In this document: positions 21,901 through 35,599 of the stretch, piece by piece
Position numbering within the stretch: position 1 is the first letter of the stretch
How the letters are laid out: each line of letters begins with the position of its first letter
Assembly (NCBI GenBank): GCA_015680685.1
Contig: MNCI01000556.1
Coordinates: 1,390,202-1,454,201, forward strand
Direction of reading: 5' to 3'
From: Gnetum montanum
Lineage: Eukaryota > Plantae > Gnetophyta
Length of the DNA stretch: 64,000 nt
The notes under the pieces: model-generated
What the model saw: the letters and a program-made list of their open reading frames with translations, nothing else
Told to the model about the DNA's origin: nothing
Databases searched by the model: none
Program-made: the position numbers and the translations under genes

Positions 21901-24098
21901 TCTTAGAAAAAATTAGAACTATGTTTAGCTTCACCATCAAACCTTTTCAAAGTGTCCACCATCTTTGGAAAAATCCCATAGCTCACCTTAAATGGGCTTT
22001 TTCAAATTGTCACATGAAAAGCCTTAACAAAAAAAAATAAGCCTTATTCTTATTGGTGTTCTAAAGTGTATTACTAAGCCTTCCTCCATAATAAAAATCA
22101 TAATGTAGATTACCTTCATACTATCCATTTGTTTCATAGCTAAGATAATAAATTTCATCACTATCAATGTTCACATCAACATCAATAATGATCTTCTTAT
22201 AATAACTACTACCACGGTAATATTCATTAGGAAAATTACCATTATTGTTCTTCATCATACCAAAAATGGCATCCAAAGTTACATTTCTTCCATCATGCAA
22301 AACATAACTCAAAACTTCATCACAATGATCATGATTCTTATCATCATAATGAACCAAGCCACTACCAAGTTGAAGTGATTAACTAGAATCCAACACACTA
22401 GCTTTGACATAAGAGACATTCCTATCATCTACAAGGTAATTCTTAGACTAACATACCTCATCATGGCTTATCTTATTCATCTTTGGTTCAACTTGATCTT
22501 TAACATGTGCTTGTTTACTCTGATCAAAGCCTAAAATTTCAGGATTCCTCATAAAAGTCTTCAACTTCAATGGTTTATTTTCTTCAAAGGAATCATCATC
22601 AACTTCTACAATCCACCTTAGAGGTACCAACTCAAAAGAAAAATTTTCCTCCATGGCTTGAATGTTAGATTTATCACCCAAACAATTATTCTTTTACATA
22701 TGTTGTCTAGAAGACTCCCCCCCTCTTCCATGAGATAGCCTCAACTTGGTAAAGAATCTTTCTTTCATTGCCATAAGGTATAGAAAAATTACAAAAATAA
22801 TGAATATCATACTTTATAGTGATTATTATGATCCTTCTTGAATAACTCCCTTGATCCTTGACAGTCCTTTGGCCTTGATCTTTCACCTCTCGTAACTTAT
22901 AAGTTAAGAACTCTTCTTGATAAGGCACATACAACATATTGGACTATGAAGATTTCTTGGTCTCTTTAATGAAGCTCTTGGTTATTTCTTTTGAAAATTT
23001 TTATATTGATCACTCCCTTAATCAAGAAGAGATGCTTGAGAAATCCTTTTCTCATTGATATCCACTTCACCAAACCTTTCATCTTCCTCCTTGAACACCT
23101 TCAGAATTTTCAACTTCAAGTCTAGCACACTTGTAAGAAATTTAACTTGCATATCATCATGGTTAGTAGCAATTTTTTTAATAACAAAAAAACTAAAACT
23201 AGTTTCATCATGTTTCTTAATATATTCCTTCTCTCCTATAAGGATTAACAAATCATTAAGTTAGTTTTGCTATATCACTTCTTTCGTTGTCATAGGAATC
23301 AAATCATGAATTCCATTAGGTTTGGCAACATTCCAAATATTTCTTCCTTTATCAAACTAAGCATTAATGTCAAAATTCCAATCTATATCAATAATTAATC
23401 AACAAAATCTATTGGTAGTACATCATACTTCACAACATCATGAAAACTTCTAATTTCAAATTTCGAAGTACATTATTCCCTCACCCCTTGGAAAACTTTT
23501 TTAGATAACCAATGCACCTTATAGGGTGTCAAATGAGCATTAGTTACCAATCCTAATCTACCAACTATCCTAGAAGAAATAAAATTTTCATAGGCTTCCC
23601 TATCAATCAAAACATGAATCCATTCCCTACTACGCAAATAGCTAGCCCTAATTTGAAACAAAAATATCCTATTAGGATGATCTCCTCTAGTTACATTCCT
23701 AATGAATGTACAAGAATTTAATTTAGAAATATCTTCAATATTTGGAGAATTAGCATTACCTCTCTAAAGATATTTGCTTAATGCCACCTCCACCTCCATG
23801 GCTTTCATATCTTTGCCCTTGGTTACCTTATGAAGTGAATATTTCCATTGCTTATGTCCCCATTCTCCACAGTTGAAGCACTGAATTTTTGATGAGTTGC
23901 AATCTTGATCGTTGTCTTTCTTCTTGGTTTTATCCTTCTTATCATCTCTGTTAGTCCTTTTATCTTGTTTGTCCTCCTTATCATGATATTTATACTTGGA
24001 TCCCTTATTAAGTCTAGATCCTTTTTCCTTCTCTTTAAACATTTGTATGCTCCTATTTTTGAATACGCCTAATTTCTTCTTAGTTTTGAGTGCCAAAT

Positions 24099-27000
24099 TG
24101 ATGGCATCGAGTTGTTCCTACATCCAACCATAAGAATCATTAGCATTTACTAAGTGATCCACTTCAATTTTGTATACTTTGGCTCTCTAAGTACACTAGG
24201 TCTAGGTATTGAATCTAACAAACATGATCATTGTCTTCTTAGTTTCACTTCTGAGGTGAAAATGTATGGTTAATTGTAACTTAGGAATATTATTTTTATC
24301 ATTTTATATTTATTATTTAAATCACCTAACTGATAGAAATAATGTAATTAAATTTTTAATTAATCTAATAAATAACTAATATCTTAATTAGTCTCTTCAT
24401 AAGCATCCATTCCCATTTATCATACACATTTTGAATCATGTTGCATTGTTACTGGGTTACTAAGCAATAAGTGCTATTGGGATTACCAAACATTAACATA
24501 TGCTCAAAATGGTCATACTTATGTGTATTAATTAATTACTAATTAATTAGTCAATTAAATTCTTTATAATAAATTTTTCAAATAATAAATCTGTTAAGTA
24601 AACATTAAACTAATTCCAAGTGTTGCAAGGTTTATGAAGAAAGGTCATGTTTATTTCCATTCATCCTTAGGTGCTCAGATGTGTCAATGGTTTAATAAAT
24701 ATTTGTATTCACACTCCTACTATGGGCATGTAGAAAATATTTTAAGTTTCAAATGAACCAAATATAAGAGTTTTTCTAGGATACTAAATAATGAATGCCA
24801 TAAATGTAGCTAGTGAGCATGTGTTTATAGGCAAGATAAGACACTACATCAATGAGGTCATGTTAACGTATCAAACCATGCATTGATGTGACCACATCAA
24901 CAACATCCTATTAATGCATCCTCAAAATGATGTTTTATAATAATGAAGAATTATCCTTGAGTAAAAAAAATAGGGAATAAATTTCTTTAGAAAATCTTAG
25001 GAAGGTATAGGATTATGAATTAACTAACACACACAAAAAAATAGTAAGTGCACAGGTATATGGATTTAGAATAATTACAAAATTTAGTGTTCATGAAAAA
25101 AAAATTCAACACCATGATAGAAATTGATAGCATGAATCATTTGATGGGTTTTAAGACAAGAAGAAAATCAAATGGTCCTAGGTGGTGGACGTTTTTAAGA
25201 TTCCAAAGGACCTTCTCCTACCTTTGGTACATAGGGTTGTTATGGTTGAGGTTGTGGTTGTGGGTATCTAGGTATAGTTGTGACTTTTCAAAAAAGAAAA
25301 AATGTATCCAAAAATGCTTTCATCTCCTCCTCCTTACTCTTAGAATCATACATGGTCCACGTAGCATCAATGTGGGCTAGTATGGAAACATCTCAAGGAT
25401 AAGGCATGATACAGAATAGCTGCTTGATGTTGAAAAACTAGGTAGCAAATTTTTTATGTTCAATGTTGAATGCTCTATTAGGATTTTTTAGCTTTTGGTA
25501 GTCATTAATTCTCTTGGCTAGGTTCTCTACTATTAATCTTTGATTAGTGAACTTCACCTTTAGAACCTTGACTTTAGCATTAGTTGTTTCCAACTTTTGT
25601 TTTGTTTCTTTGTGATGGTTGAACTATTCCTTATATAGAAGGTATGATTTGGCCACATCTTTCTTGAATTCTAACCTTGATATTATGGTAGTTAGCATTA
25701 CTAGATTTAATTAATAGAGGCTGGCAATCTCCATGTACTCTATCATTTCCTTGATTTGTAGCTCCTTGAGGTTGATTTCAACTTTGTTGTATTCATTCAA
25801 TCAATCAAATATGGGATGCTGTATAGAACCTCCTTGTTGGAGCTACTAGAGGGCTTTATTGAACTTCACCTTTATCAACTGGATATTTCTTTTATCACCT
25901 TCTATAATCCAACCTACTTTCTTTAATGATTCTTAATCCTTTTGAATTTGAGAGCCTCATTTTTCTAGGCAATAATTTCAATTATAGACTTTTGGTAAAG
26001 GGTATGCACCTCCTTCAGTAAGAGATTTTGATCTTCCATATCTAACCTCCTCATTTTATTGTTTACCCTAGTAAGATACTCTTGCTATTGTTGGATGAAT
26101 TCTAACATTTGATCCTATTGCATCTTGACATTTTATAGGAAATGATTCTTCTAGGTTAGCTTGATGTTCTCCTAGCAAACCTTTAACAAGTCCTTTTGAA
26201 TGTTGTATGTAGTGGCATCTACTAAGGACTGATCATAGATTACTAACTCCTTTGAATACTCAATCTACTAATTTTTTTCCTAAAGCTATTGAAAAGCTTC
26301 ATCTCCTGATATGTTTTAGCTAAGTACAATGGGATTCGTAAGGTAGGCTTTTAATTCTACAACCTTAGTAGCCAATTGCTAATTCTACTCTGTGGTTACT
26401 TTAAGTAGGGAATTGGCAATAAGGACCTTGTCCCTAGCCTCAAGCAACTCTGAATGGTTTGCTAAAATAGATAGTAAGATATCAAAGATATCTAGAATTG
26501 TTTGCCTAGTTGGTCAAGCAACTTCTCATGCTAGGCTACACTAAATTTTTCAGTTCCTACTACTGTGAACACCTGCATGTCTCTAATTGTAGCAACATAT
26601 GGTGTAGATAAAATAGGGGCATTAATTTAATTAACCACTCTATTAGATACCACCTCTACTACCATTTTCTACTTTTGGTGCTGCATCACCAAAAGAGTTT
26701 CCACCTTGCCCTTCTTCAAGCACATTGAAAAGATAGTGACATTCCCAAAGATTTTTAGGAATTGTTACTATTGAGAGAGGAATATTATTAACTCTTAGGC
26801 ACTAGGATTTATTATTTTAGGCACTTGAATTCTTTGAGTTGAAAACATTGGCATCAAACCTTGCATCATATTGATTAATCATGCCACCTTATTGAGATGA
26901 CTTAATGCTAGCTTGTAGATAAAGGATTCACCAGCACTTGGTCCTACCTATTGCTACTACAAGAGTTGTTGAAAAAGTTCACCCATGCATTCAATGGAAG

Positions 27001-30000
27001 TGAAAGAATCTAGTGTTGATTGTTCATGAGTAGGTAGTGGTGATGGTTTCTCCCCTTCTAGTACCTTGGTAGGCACTTTATCCTTCATCATTTCTACCCG
27101 AGAGGTATCAGGATCATGTCTGATGTTGACATTGATGTAGTATGTGATTCCTATCCTTTTGAATAAGTTTTGAATGAGACATGAAAAGGGGAGTGCCTTC
27201 CTTCCATTCTTGTAATCTTTGACCTACTTCTCTATCCTAAAATAGATTAGCTATGGAAAGTTGATAAGAAATTTCTTGCTCAAAGTAATGCATGCATGAG
27301 TAGATAAGGATATCACCTTGCTAGGAATCATTGTCAAATTGATTTGGTAGGCTACCATCTTGAAATATGCATGCTCTACCATTATGTATGCACCCTACTT
27401 CTTATGATCAACTTTGTAGCACCACCAAACCCACTCATTTTTGACCTATGGGTTTGCTTTTGTTATTACTTCTACCAAGGTTGATTGGATTTCTAGAAAT
27501 TTAAGAACCTCAAAAGTGACCTCCACCATGTAGGATACAAAAATATCCTTGATCTTCATGGTGGAATTTCCCTACTTATTATTCCAAAAGAGATATGTTT
27601 CTTCAATGTACCATTCTCTACTGGAAGTGAGAATGTGCCACATGGGAGAGGTTTGAAGTTTAGATTTGACATCCTTTGGGGTAAATTCTAGAAACAATTC
27701 ATAGTTTAGCTTAGGAAGAACCACTTTTTGAATTTCCTTGGACCCAATTTCCCTCAAGTAGCCCTCCATTAGAGTGACCTGAAGGTTTGGTCTTGATTTG
27801 CATGTGTCATCCTAGTGGGACTACTCTACTTCAACTTCCAAAATATAATAGATAGATTTCACTTTAGGGTTCAACAACAAACAAAAGGTTAATGCTCATT
27901 AATTAGTTATTTTAATATTATATTATTGGTTAAACCTTGTGGGAGTTAGAAAATTTCCAAAAAAACGTTTTATAAAAAACCTAATGTTTGTGGCCCCTAC
28001 AACATAGAGCTTACCTGTAGTAGTTGTAAAAACAAAGATCAAGGTAAATTGGACAAGCAATGTAAAATTTATGGGCCTCAAAATATACTAGGCTCTAAAA
28101 ATGACAAAAAATCCTTCACCATTTGGAAGAAAATGGAAAAAATTTTGAAAGTGTTGCATGATGTTTATAGATTTTTATGGCTACATCAATGGGGTTCCAT
28201 AGATAGGGTGACATCAACATGAGGGGCTAAATCAATAGGATCACATTGATGTGGCTAGAAGATAAACATTTTCCATTAACAATTTCAAGAAAAATCATGG
28301 CCTAGAGATTTATGTAGTAGTGAATAGTATGTATTCAAGGCCACATTCAAGGGTTCATGATTTTCTTGCTTCCACCCTTAGATTTATTTTCTCTAGTTGG
28401 ACACTCTCACATATGTTTGGTATTTTTGATTGAAAATTTCTAGCATTGTTGACCATCAATGAATGGAATTAGGTTCCAACAATCTATACTAAGTTTTAGC
28501 TTCATCTATTAGTATTTTAGGAAAGAGCTTAAGCATTTTCCACTTTTGTTTAATGTTTTGCAAGGTGCTAGCATCATGAAAGGCTTGTAAATGATGTTGT
28601 GGATTAGAATTACAACCTTCCAAAAATTTAGGAATTTTGTCCATATCAAGACATTTGATGCGATTGCTCCTTTGATTCCTTTGAGGTATTTGAACTGTCT
28701 TCCAAATTTTTGTTAAGCCTGTAGTAGCCAAAAAGGGTTCATTTGTATCAAACATTTCATGTTAATAATCTATATATCTATTCATCTAATTATGATGATA
28801 TTCTCTATGCTAATTTTGATGTCTTTGATTTTTCCCTTAGGTTAAATTTCTATCTTTATCTTAACCCCATAGTAGAGCTCTATCTTTATACCTACATTCA
28901 TCTTCATCAAAACTAGACCTGGAAAAGGAAGAGGAAGATGAGGAACTATGAGAATCACTATAGCTCTTATATCTTCCCTTATGATCCCTTGATCTATCAT
29001 TTCTTAGTTTAGAGGAGGTTTTATTTCTTAAGGTCCTCCTTGTTCTATGACTTTCTTCATCTCCTTTAGGGTTTTCTACACTAGCTGAACATACTCCTTG
29101 AATGTAGTAAGGGTGGAAATGAGCATATGAAATCATTTCCTAAGGTTGTTCACTTCAATTATCTTCAATGTAGAACCTATTGTTTCTCTTATTAGTGTTT
29201 TCATCATATGATGTGTTATTAGTCCTATGTGAAGGATACATGCTTTCAATTAACAATGTGTATAACTTAAAATACTAATATTTTGAAAAATATAAATCAT
29301 TAATAGTGTTACCATGATTGTTTAGTAATTTCACTATTATCCTACATAGTGCACATAGCTAAGTAAAGTCCCTCGCAACAACACCAATGATGAGAAGTGA
29401 GTAGTCCCTACACCCAACCTTACTAATTACTAGCATTCACTAAGAAATTTGGTTAGATTCTATAGACTTTAGCTCTTTAGGTACACTAGGTCTAGGTAGT
29501 TAATCTAACAAATGTGATCATTGTCTTCTCAGTTTTACTTATGAGGTTGAAATGTATGATTAAGTGTAACTTAGGCATATGATTTCTATCATTTTGTATT
29601 TATTATTTAAATCTCATAAGTGCTAGAAATAATTTAATTAAGTGATTAATTAATCTAATAACTAACTAATATATTAACTAGTCCTATCATAAGCATCTAT
29701 TCTCATTTACTGTGCGCATCCTAAAACACGTTGGAACATTACTAGATTACCAACTATTATGTTCTACTATGATTACCAAATGTTAACGTATGATCAAAAT
29801 GATCATACGTATGTGTATTAATTAATTTCTAATTAATCCATTTTTCAAATGCATTAAAGTAAATTATTCAAATAATAAATCCATTAAGAAAACATTAAAC
29901 TAATTTCAACTGCTGCAAGGTTTATGAAGAGAGCTTGTCTTTATTGCCATTCACATTGTCTTAATCACTTGAATAAAGATTTGTACACTTCTCACTTCCA

Positions 30001-30235
30001 TTGCAAGCACTTAGAAAATATTATAAATTTTAAACAAACAAAATGTAATAGCTTCACTAGGATACTAAACAATTAATTTCATAAATGTAGTTTGTGAGTG
30101 CATATTTATAGGCAAGATAAGACATTGCATTAACCAGGTCATGTCAACACATCAAACCATGCATTGACATGACCATGCCAATGGGATCTCATCAACAACA
30201 TCTAATTGATGCATCCTAAGAATGATGCTTCATCA
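24099..30235 (-). mobile_element. Athila-like non-autonomous element A (3' LTR 24099-~24940, extra ORF ~25200-27850, truncated gag ~28290-29250, PBS 29369-29386, 5' LTR 29388-30235)
   Basis: TGATG..CATCA LTR termini; TSD CAAAT (24094-24098) / TAAAT (30236-30240); decayed tRNA-Asp PBS tccctcgcaacaacacca (canonical tccccggcaacggcgcca); gag IPKFLEGCNSNPQHHLQAF. Confidence 0.85.
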
Positions 30236-31949
30236 TAAATGATAAGCCTCATTATAGGTTTTTTCTCATAAAAATAGAACTCTTGCTAATACATCATTTT
30301 GACACCTCCTAAAAAATTGAAACTTGCTCATACTCATCCCAGGTTACCTTAGCTTGATGGAATAGATCACAAAATTTGATGTAAAATTTTTTGACATCCT
30401 TATTACCTTACCTTAGGAATTTCAACTTCATAATGGTTTCATATCAATAATGAGACTATTCAAATTTTCCTTTTAACCTATATTTCATCAAATTCCAATC
30501 TCTAATATGTTGATTGTTTCATCTTGCATAACCTTGGGATTTCCTTTTCCACCAAGTAGAAGCTATACCTTCTAATCTAGATTTAGCAATAGGTATTGTC
30601 AAGTTTTTCACTACCTCTTCCAATTGAAAATTCTTCTCAATTATCTTTAGCTACCTTGCAAAAGTATTGGTGCCATCTACACCATTGAAAGTCCTCAACT
30701 CTACATATGAAAGTCTTGAATAATTTCTAGACACTCTAGTAAGCCTTTCCTCATCTTCATTGTCAAGCTTGCTTGAAGAAATATTGAACACCATTAGAGC
30801 CCTTGGAGTTCTTATTTGAGGAATAGGATTCCCTCCCATTAGAATTTTTTGTTGACGATTTTCTATATTCCTATTGCTAGATTAATCTTTCTCATCGTCC
30901 ACTCCATCTCTACCTGGCTATGAAACTCCCATAAATAGATTAACCTTTCTCTAGCTATCTTTAAATAATTTACTAGAAGATTAAAATATGGTTTACACAA
31001 CTCACAAGCATCCAAAACCAATATTGGTTTTATTATTTTATATTTTGATCATCTAATATTGGTATCAAATTGAGAATAAATTGATTAACTAGTTCAACTA
31101 ATTTAATTACTATTTAATAATTAACTATCCTAACATAAGCATTTAGTTCCACTTTCCATACATGCTAAACATAACAACACTACTAGGTGACCAAGCGTTA
31201 AGTGCTACAGGGATTCCTAGGTGTTATACATATGCTCGAAATGGTTGTACATATGTATGATATTTTATTTAGCTTCATTAATTACTTAAATTCTTAATCA
31301 TTCTAGCTTAATTAATTACTTAATTAATGAAAATAATAAATGCATAAATAAATCATTAAGACAATCCAAGTTCTACAAGATTTATCAAAAAGATAATCTT
31401 TATTGCTGCACACACTATGATGCTTAGGTACAATAGTGCTCAAATAAATATTCGTACACTTCTCAACTCCTACTGTAGGCACTTAGAAAATTATTCTATC
31501 TCTTACAAAAAGAAACTACAAAATTTTGACTAGCAACTAAAATTCTAACCCTCATTAACACAGTTGGGATGTCATATTTATAGACCTACTAGTACACCAC
31601 ATCAATAGGTACACATCAATGTGGAAAATCCTATGTCAATGAGATTCCATTGAGGGGATCACATTGATGACATCCCACCAATGTAGTCAACCAAAGACTC
31701 TTCATCATATCCCCATAACTAAATGAAAACTCATCCTTGATTTCCTTATGAAATTGAAAATGTATGGGATTATTGGCTGACACAAAATAGAACAAAATAA
31801 AGTGCCCAGGTATACAGATCAATGTTGATTACAAAATTGTGGTGCTCATGATAAGAAGTTAAATACAAAAACATGATTGAACAAAATTGGATAACACATC
31901 CTCTGATGATGTAAAAATGGTTGAAAATATTAGACAATCCTAGGAATTT

Positions 31950-33470
31950 GATGTTCCTGAGGTTCCAAAATACCTTCTCCCACTTTGGATGCATGCAGTG
32001 GTTGAGGTGGCTATGGCTATCCTACTATAGTGACCACTTTGAATGGAAGGTAAAAGACATCCAATAATGCCTTCATCTTCTCCTCCTTACTTTGGGGATC
32101 ATTGATGATCCATGTAGCATCACCAATGTGCGTTGGAATGGGGATATCCCATGAATAGGAAATTGCTAGAAATAGTTCCTTAATATTGAAAAATGAGGTA
32201 GTGACTTGCTGCATTAAATATCATACACTAGTGGATTTTGCACCTCCTAGCTAGTCATTCATTCTCTTGTCTAGGATGTTGGCTATTCATCTTTGATTAG
32301 TGAACTTCACCTTGAGAACCTCAAGTTTTTCATTTGCCATTATAAGCTTCTACTTGGTGTCTTTGTTGTGCTTGAACTCTACTCGTACAACAAGTACAAG
32401 CTCATCACTTTTTTCTCAAATTCAAACCAAGGTTTTCTAGTAGTTAACATAGCCAAATTTTCATATCAAAGATTGTCAAGCCCCATGTATTTTATCATTT
32501 TTTTAATCTGTAACTCCTTCATATGGATCTCCATTTTTTTTAGGCATCTATCCCATCAATGATAGGATACCATATCCCTCTTCCTTGCTAGAGTTTCTAT
32601 AAAATTTGCTAAACTAGGAGACTAGATCACTGACCCTACATTCTCCTTGAAGAGCCTTCCTTCCATGTTCATTCTCCTTGAAGAGCTGTTTTATTTCAAG
32701 ATAGACTAGCTATGGAAGGTTAACAAGGAATCTACCACAGTAGCACAACATGGGTGGAGAAAGTAGTGATCCTACTTGGCCTTACTCTTGGATTGAGGTG
32801 AAAGACCAAAATCTTGTAGTGGATTCTCTCTATCAGTGTGAGTGCACCATACTCATTACAGTTGACACCATAACACCATTTCAACCATTATTTCTTAATG
32901 CTAGGATCTTCTTGTGTTGCAATCTTAGAAAGATTCACCCTAGTTTCTAGCAACCCAAGTTCCTCTAAAATGGCCTATATTGAGTAGGAAACTAAAATTT
33001 CTTTAATCTTGATCACTGAATTGACTTGCCTATTATTCTACAATAAAAACATCTCTACCATATACCACTTCCTTCTAGAAGTGACGATGGACCATATGGA
33101 AGAGGCCTTTAGTTGATCTTGTACTTCTTAAGGTGCTTGCTTCAAGAAAGAGCCAAAATTAAACTCTTAGAGCACCATTTTCTGAACCTTCTTTAATTTA
33201 ATCTACTTAAGATAGGCTTCTATTAGGGTTACCTTAAGGCTTGCTTGTGGGTTTGGTGCCTCATAATAGTGGAATTACTCTATCACTGCTATTTGTTCTA
33301 GAATCAGATGGATAGATTCCACTTTGGGCTTCTCCCTAAGAGGTCCCATAGCATGGGTTGCTACTTGTTCTTCTTTGGATTGTTCTTGGCACCTTCCCAT
33401 TCATGGTCATTTTCCCCATGGCTATGATGGTCCTCCTTCCTATGTGTGCTTTCCCTTTGGTGCTATCTAT
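31950..33470 (-). pseudogene. Athila B extra (env-like position) ORF, internally deleted
   Basis: Homologous to 51350-54221; preceded by acceptor-like CATAG next to the presumed start. Confidence 0.65.
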
Positions 33471-35599
33471 GGTCACATAACATCCAAGGATTAGTATATA
33501 TTATGTATAACTTATAATGTTTTAATACCTCATCTTGTCAGTTAGTTACACTTAGGCTAAGGTTTGACCATGGTAGATTGGTTATTTATTATTATTATAT
33601 TAATTTTTAAGTTTAAATCATTATTAGAGCTAGTTGAAAGAGTTTAACTTTTGTAATTTGATGTTTTTATGTTGGTTTCTTTGTTAAACCTTTGTGGGAG
33701 TTAGACCATTTGGAAAACTATTTTATCAAAAACTTCAAATTTGTAGTACCCAAGACTAAGAGGTTACCTTCAATACCTATAGGATCAAAGAACAACATTA
33801 TTTGGATAAATATTTAAGAAGATATGGCTTGTCAAAGGTTTTTGGCTCTAAAAAATACAAAAAATTCTTTGGAGTTTGGAAGGAAATGTGAAAAATTCAA
33901 AGTGTCAATGCATATATATAGATTATTTTTATGCTACATTAATGGGGTCCCATATATGGGGTCTTATAAATGTAGCAGGTCCATCGACGAGTGTTCATTT
34001 AGAAAAGATGTAAGAAAAATTTTTCAACTTGAATTTATCATAAAATACATGGAGTTTCCTAATGAAAGTGAGGTTCATGGAGTCCTAGAAAAGCCAAGAA
34101 CTTGATGGAATCATCTAAGGGGGTTGTTGAAAACCTAAAAATTGAAAATTTGAATAGAGAATGTGTTTATTAAAGAAATTTCCCTAAGGAACACATAGTT
34201 AGATGCATCAGATGAAGGACAGAAAGGTTTGGATTGTGGAAATGTCTAAGGATAAGGTACTTAGCTAATCCAACCAAGATATATGCAAGTGGAACCTCCC
34301 CATAGTAAACACATGCTCTTTCTGCCCTTGAATAACCTCAATAGGTGATTAATGATTATGAAAGTTAAGGATAAAAACCTTGAAGAATCTACCTAAGAAT
34401 TTAGTCATGTCAAACTAAGACATTGAACAAGGACATGGACATCAATAGTGTGGTGAGTTATGGAAAGCATAGATGGATGAAATAGAAAGTGAATGGAGTT
34501 CTTGATTAGGATCACATGAAGTTTCTTATGGATTTTATGGTTAAATGACCTAATAAAATCCATCCTTAGTCTAAACCAAAACCAACCACATTCAAGAATT
34601 TTGCATCACCACTCTAAGATTATTCCACCTCCTTGAGACATAAGAGTTCTTCCATAGATCAATCAACATTTCTTATAGAGATGAAAAAAGAAGTAGGAAG
34701 TGAGGAAAGTCCTTAGATGGGACCTTTATGCATGGGTAACATGTCTTTCTAATATGATAACTAGTGCTTGTAGCCCATTATTTTTTCTAAGGGGTGTGCT
34801 TTGAATTTTCATCATTTTTCATTTTTTTAATATATATATATATTATTTTCTTTCTCTCCTTTTCTTCTCTTTCTTCCTTTTTTTTGGATGGGAACCACAC
34901 CATGCAAAGACTTATTCAACTTCCTATTATTGGTCAACATGGAATGCTAAGAAATCCATGAAAACACTCATGCATCCAAGTAAGTAGAAGGTTACAGAGA
35001 GTATTAAGTCCCCTTGAAGTCACACCCTATTCAAACCCTTGAATTCTTTCCAAGTCTAGAAACTCCCAAGGTGACAAGTTTTCTCAAGTTTTAATTAATA
35101 AAAAAGGACCTCATACTTCCACAATAAGAAAAATCATAGAGTTTGTGGATCAGTGGATGTTGTGGACTCACTTGTTGTTCCATGAAAAAGAAACCATATC
35201 TTAGTTATTGGTAAGAAAATTCAAAAATAAAGACTATACATTAGTAATAAAAAATAAGAACTATAAACCACCATTAACAATAGTTACAACACCACTGTGT
35301 TCTATTGGCACAAACCACTTTATTAGTAAAAATTTTAGAAAATCACATCCAAAATAAAGGGAACTATACAAGAAAGTGTAAAATATTCAAGAAAATCAAA
35401 TGTACCAATGATGGTATAAAATAAAGAATTTGTTTAAATAGCAAAAGACTATACAAACAAGGGTATAAAATAAACAAAGTGTAAGAAAAAATATGTAAGA
35501 CAAATAAAAAGAAAATGAGGAGCCATGTAATTGGTTAGCATGGATGGCCATATCCCCCATGACTAAGTTGGAAGGAGGAGATTTGAAAGATTGAGCAGG

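Larger units (their letters stand above)
20370..31020 (-). mobile_element. Non-autonomous CRM-like chromovirus, copy D' (3' LTR 20370-21332; internal 21333-24098 and 30236-30951; 5' LTR remnant 30952-31020), interrupted by Athila A
   Basis: gag (YVELRTFNGVDG), knuckle CFNCGEWGHKQW, protease IHVLIDREAYENFISS...HLTPYKVHWL, integrase tail KLSKLKEKNMGPFKMKAKIN, chromodomain YEYLIHYKGQSINDVAWI; PPT AAGGGTGAGAGAGC on minus strand next to the LTR; no RT or RNase H seen. Confidence 0.8.

Noticed and set aside
30935-30960. Self-priming PBS for the CRM-like element
   Set aside because: No complement of AGAAAGGTTAA found by eye near the presumed transcription start in the LTR
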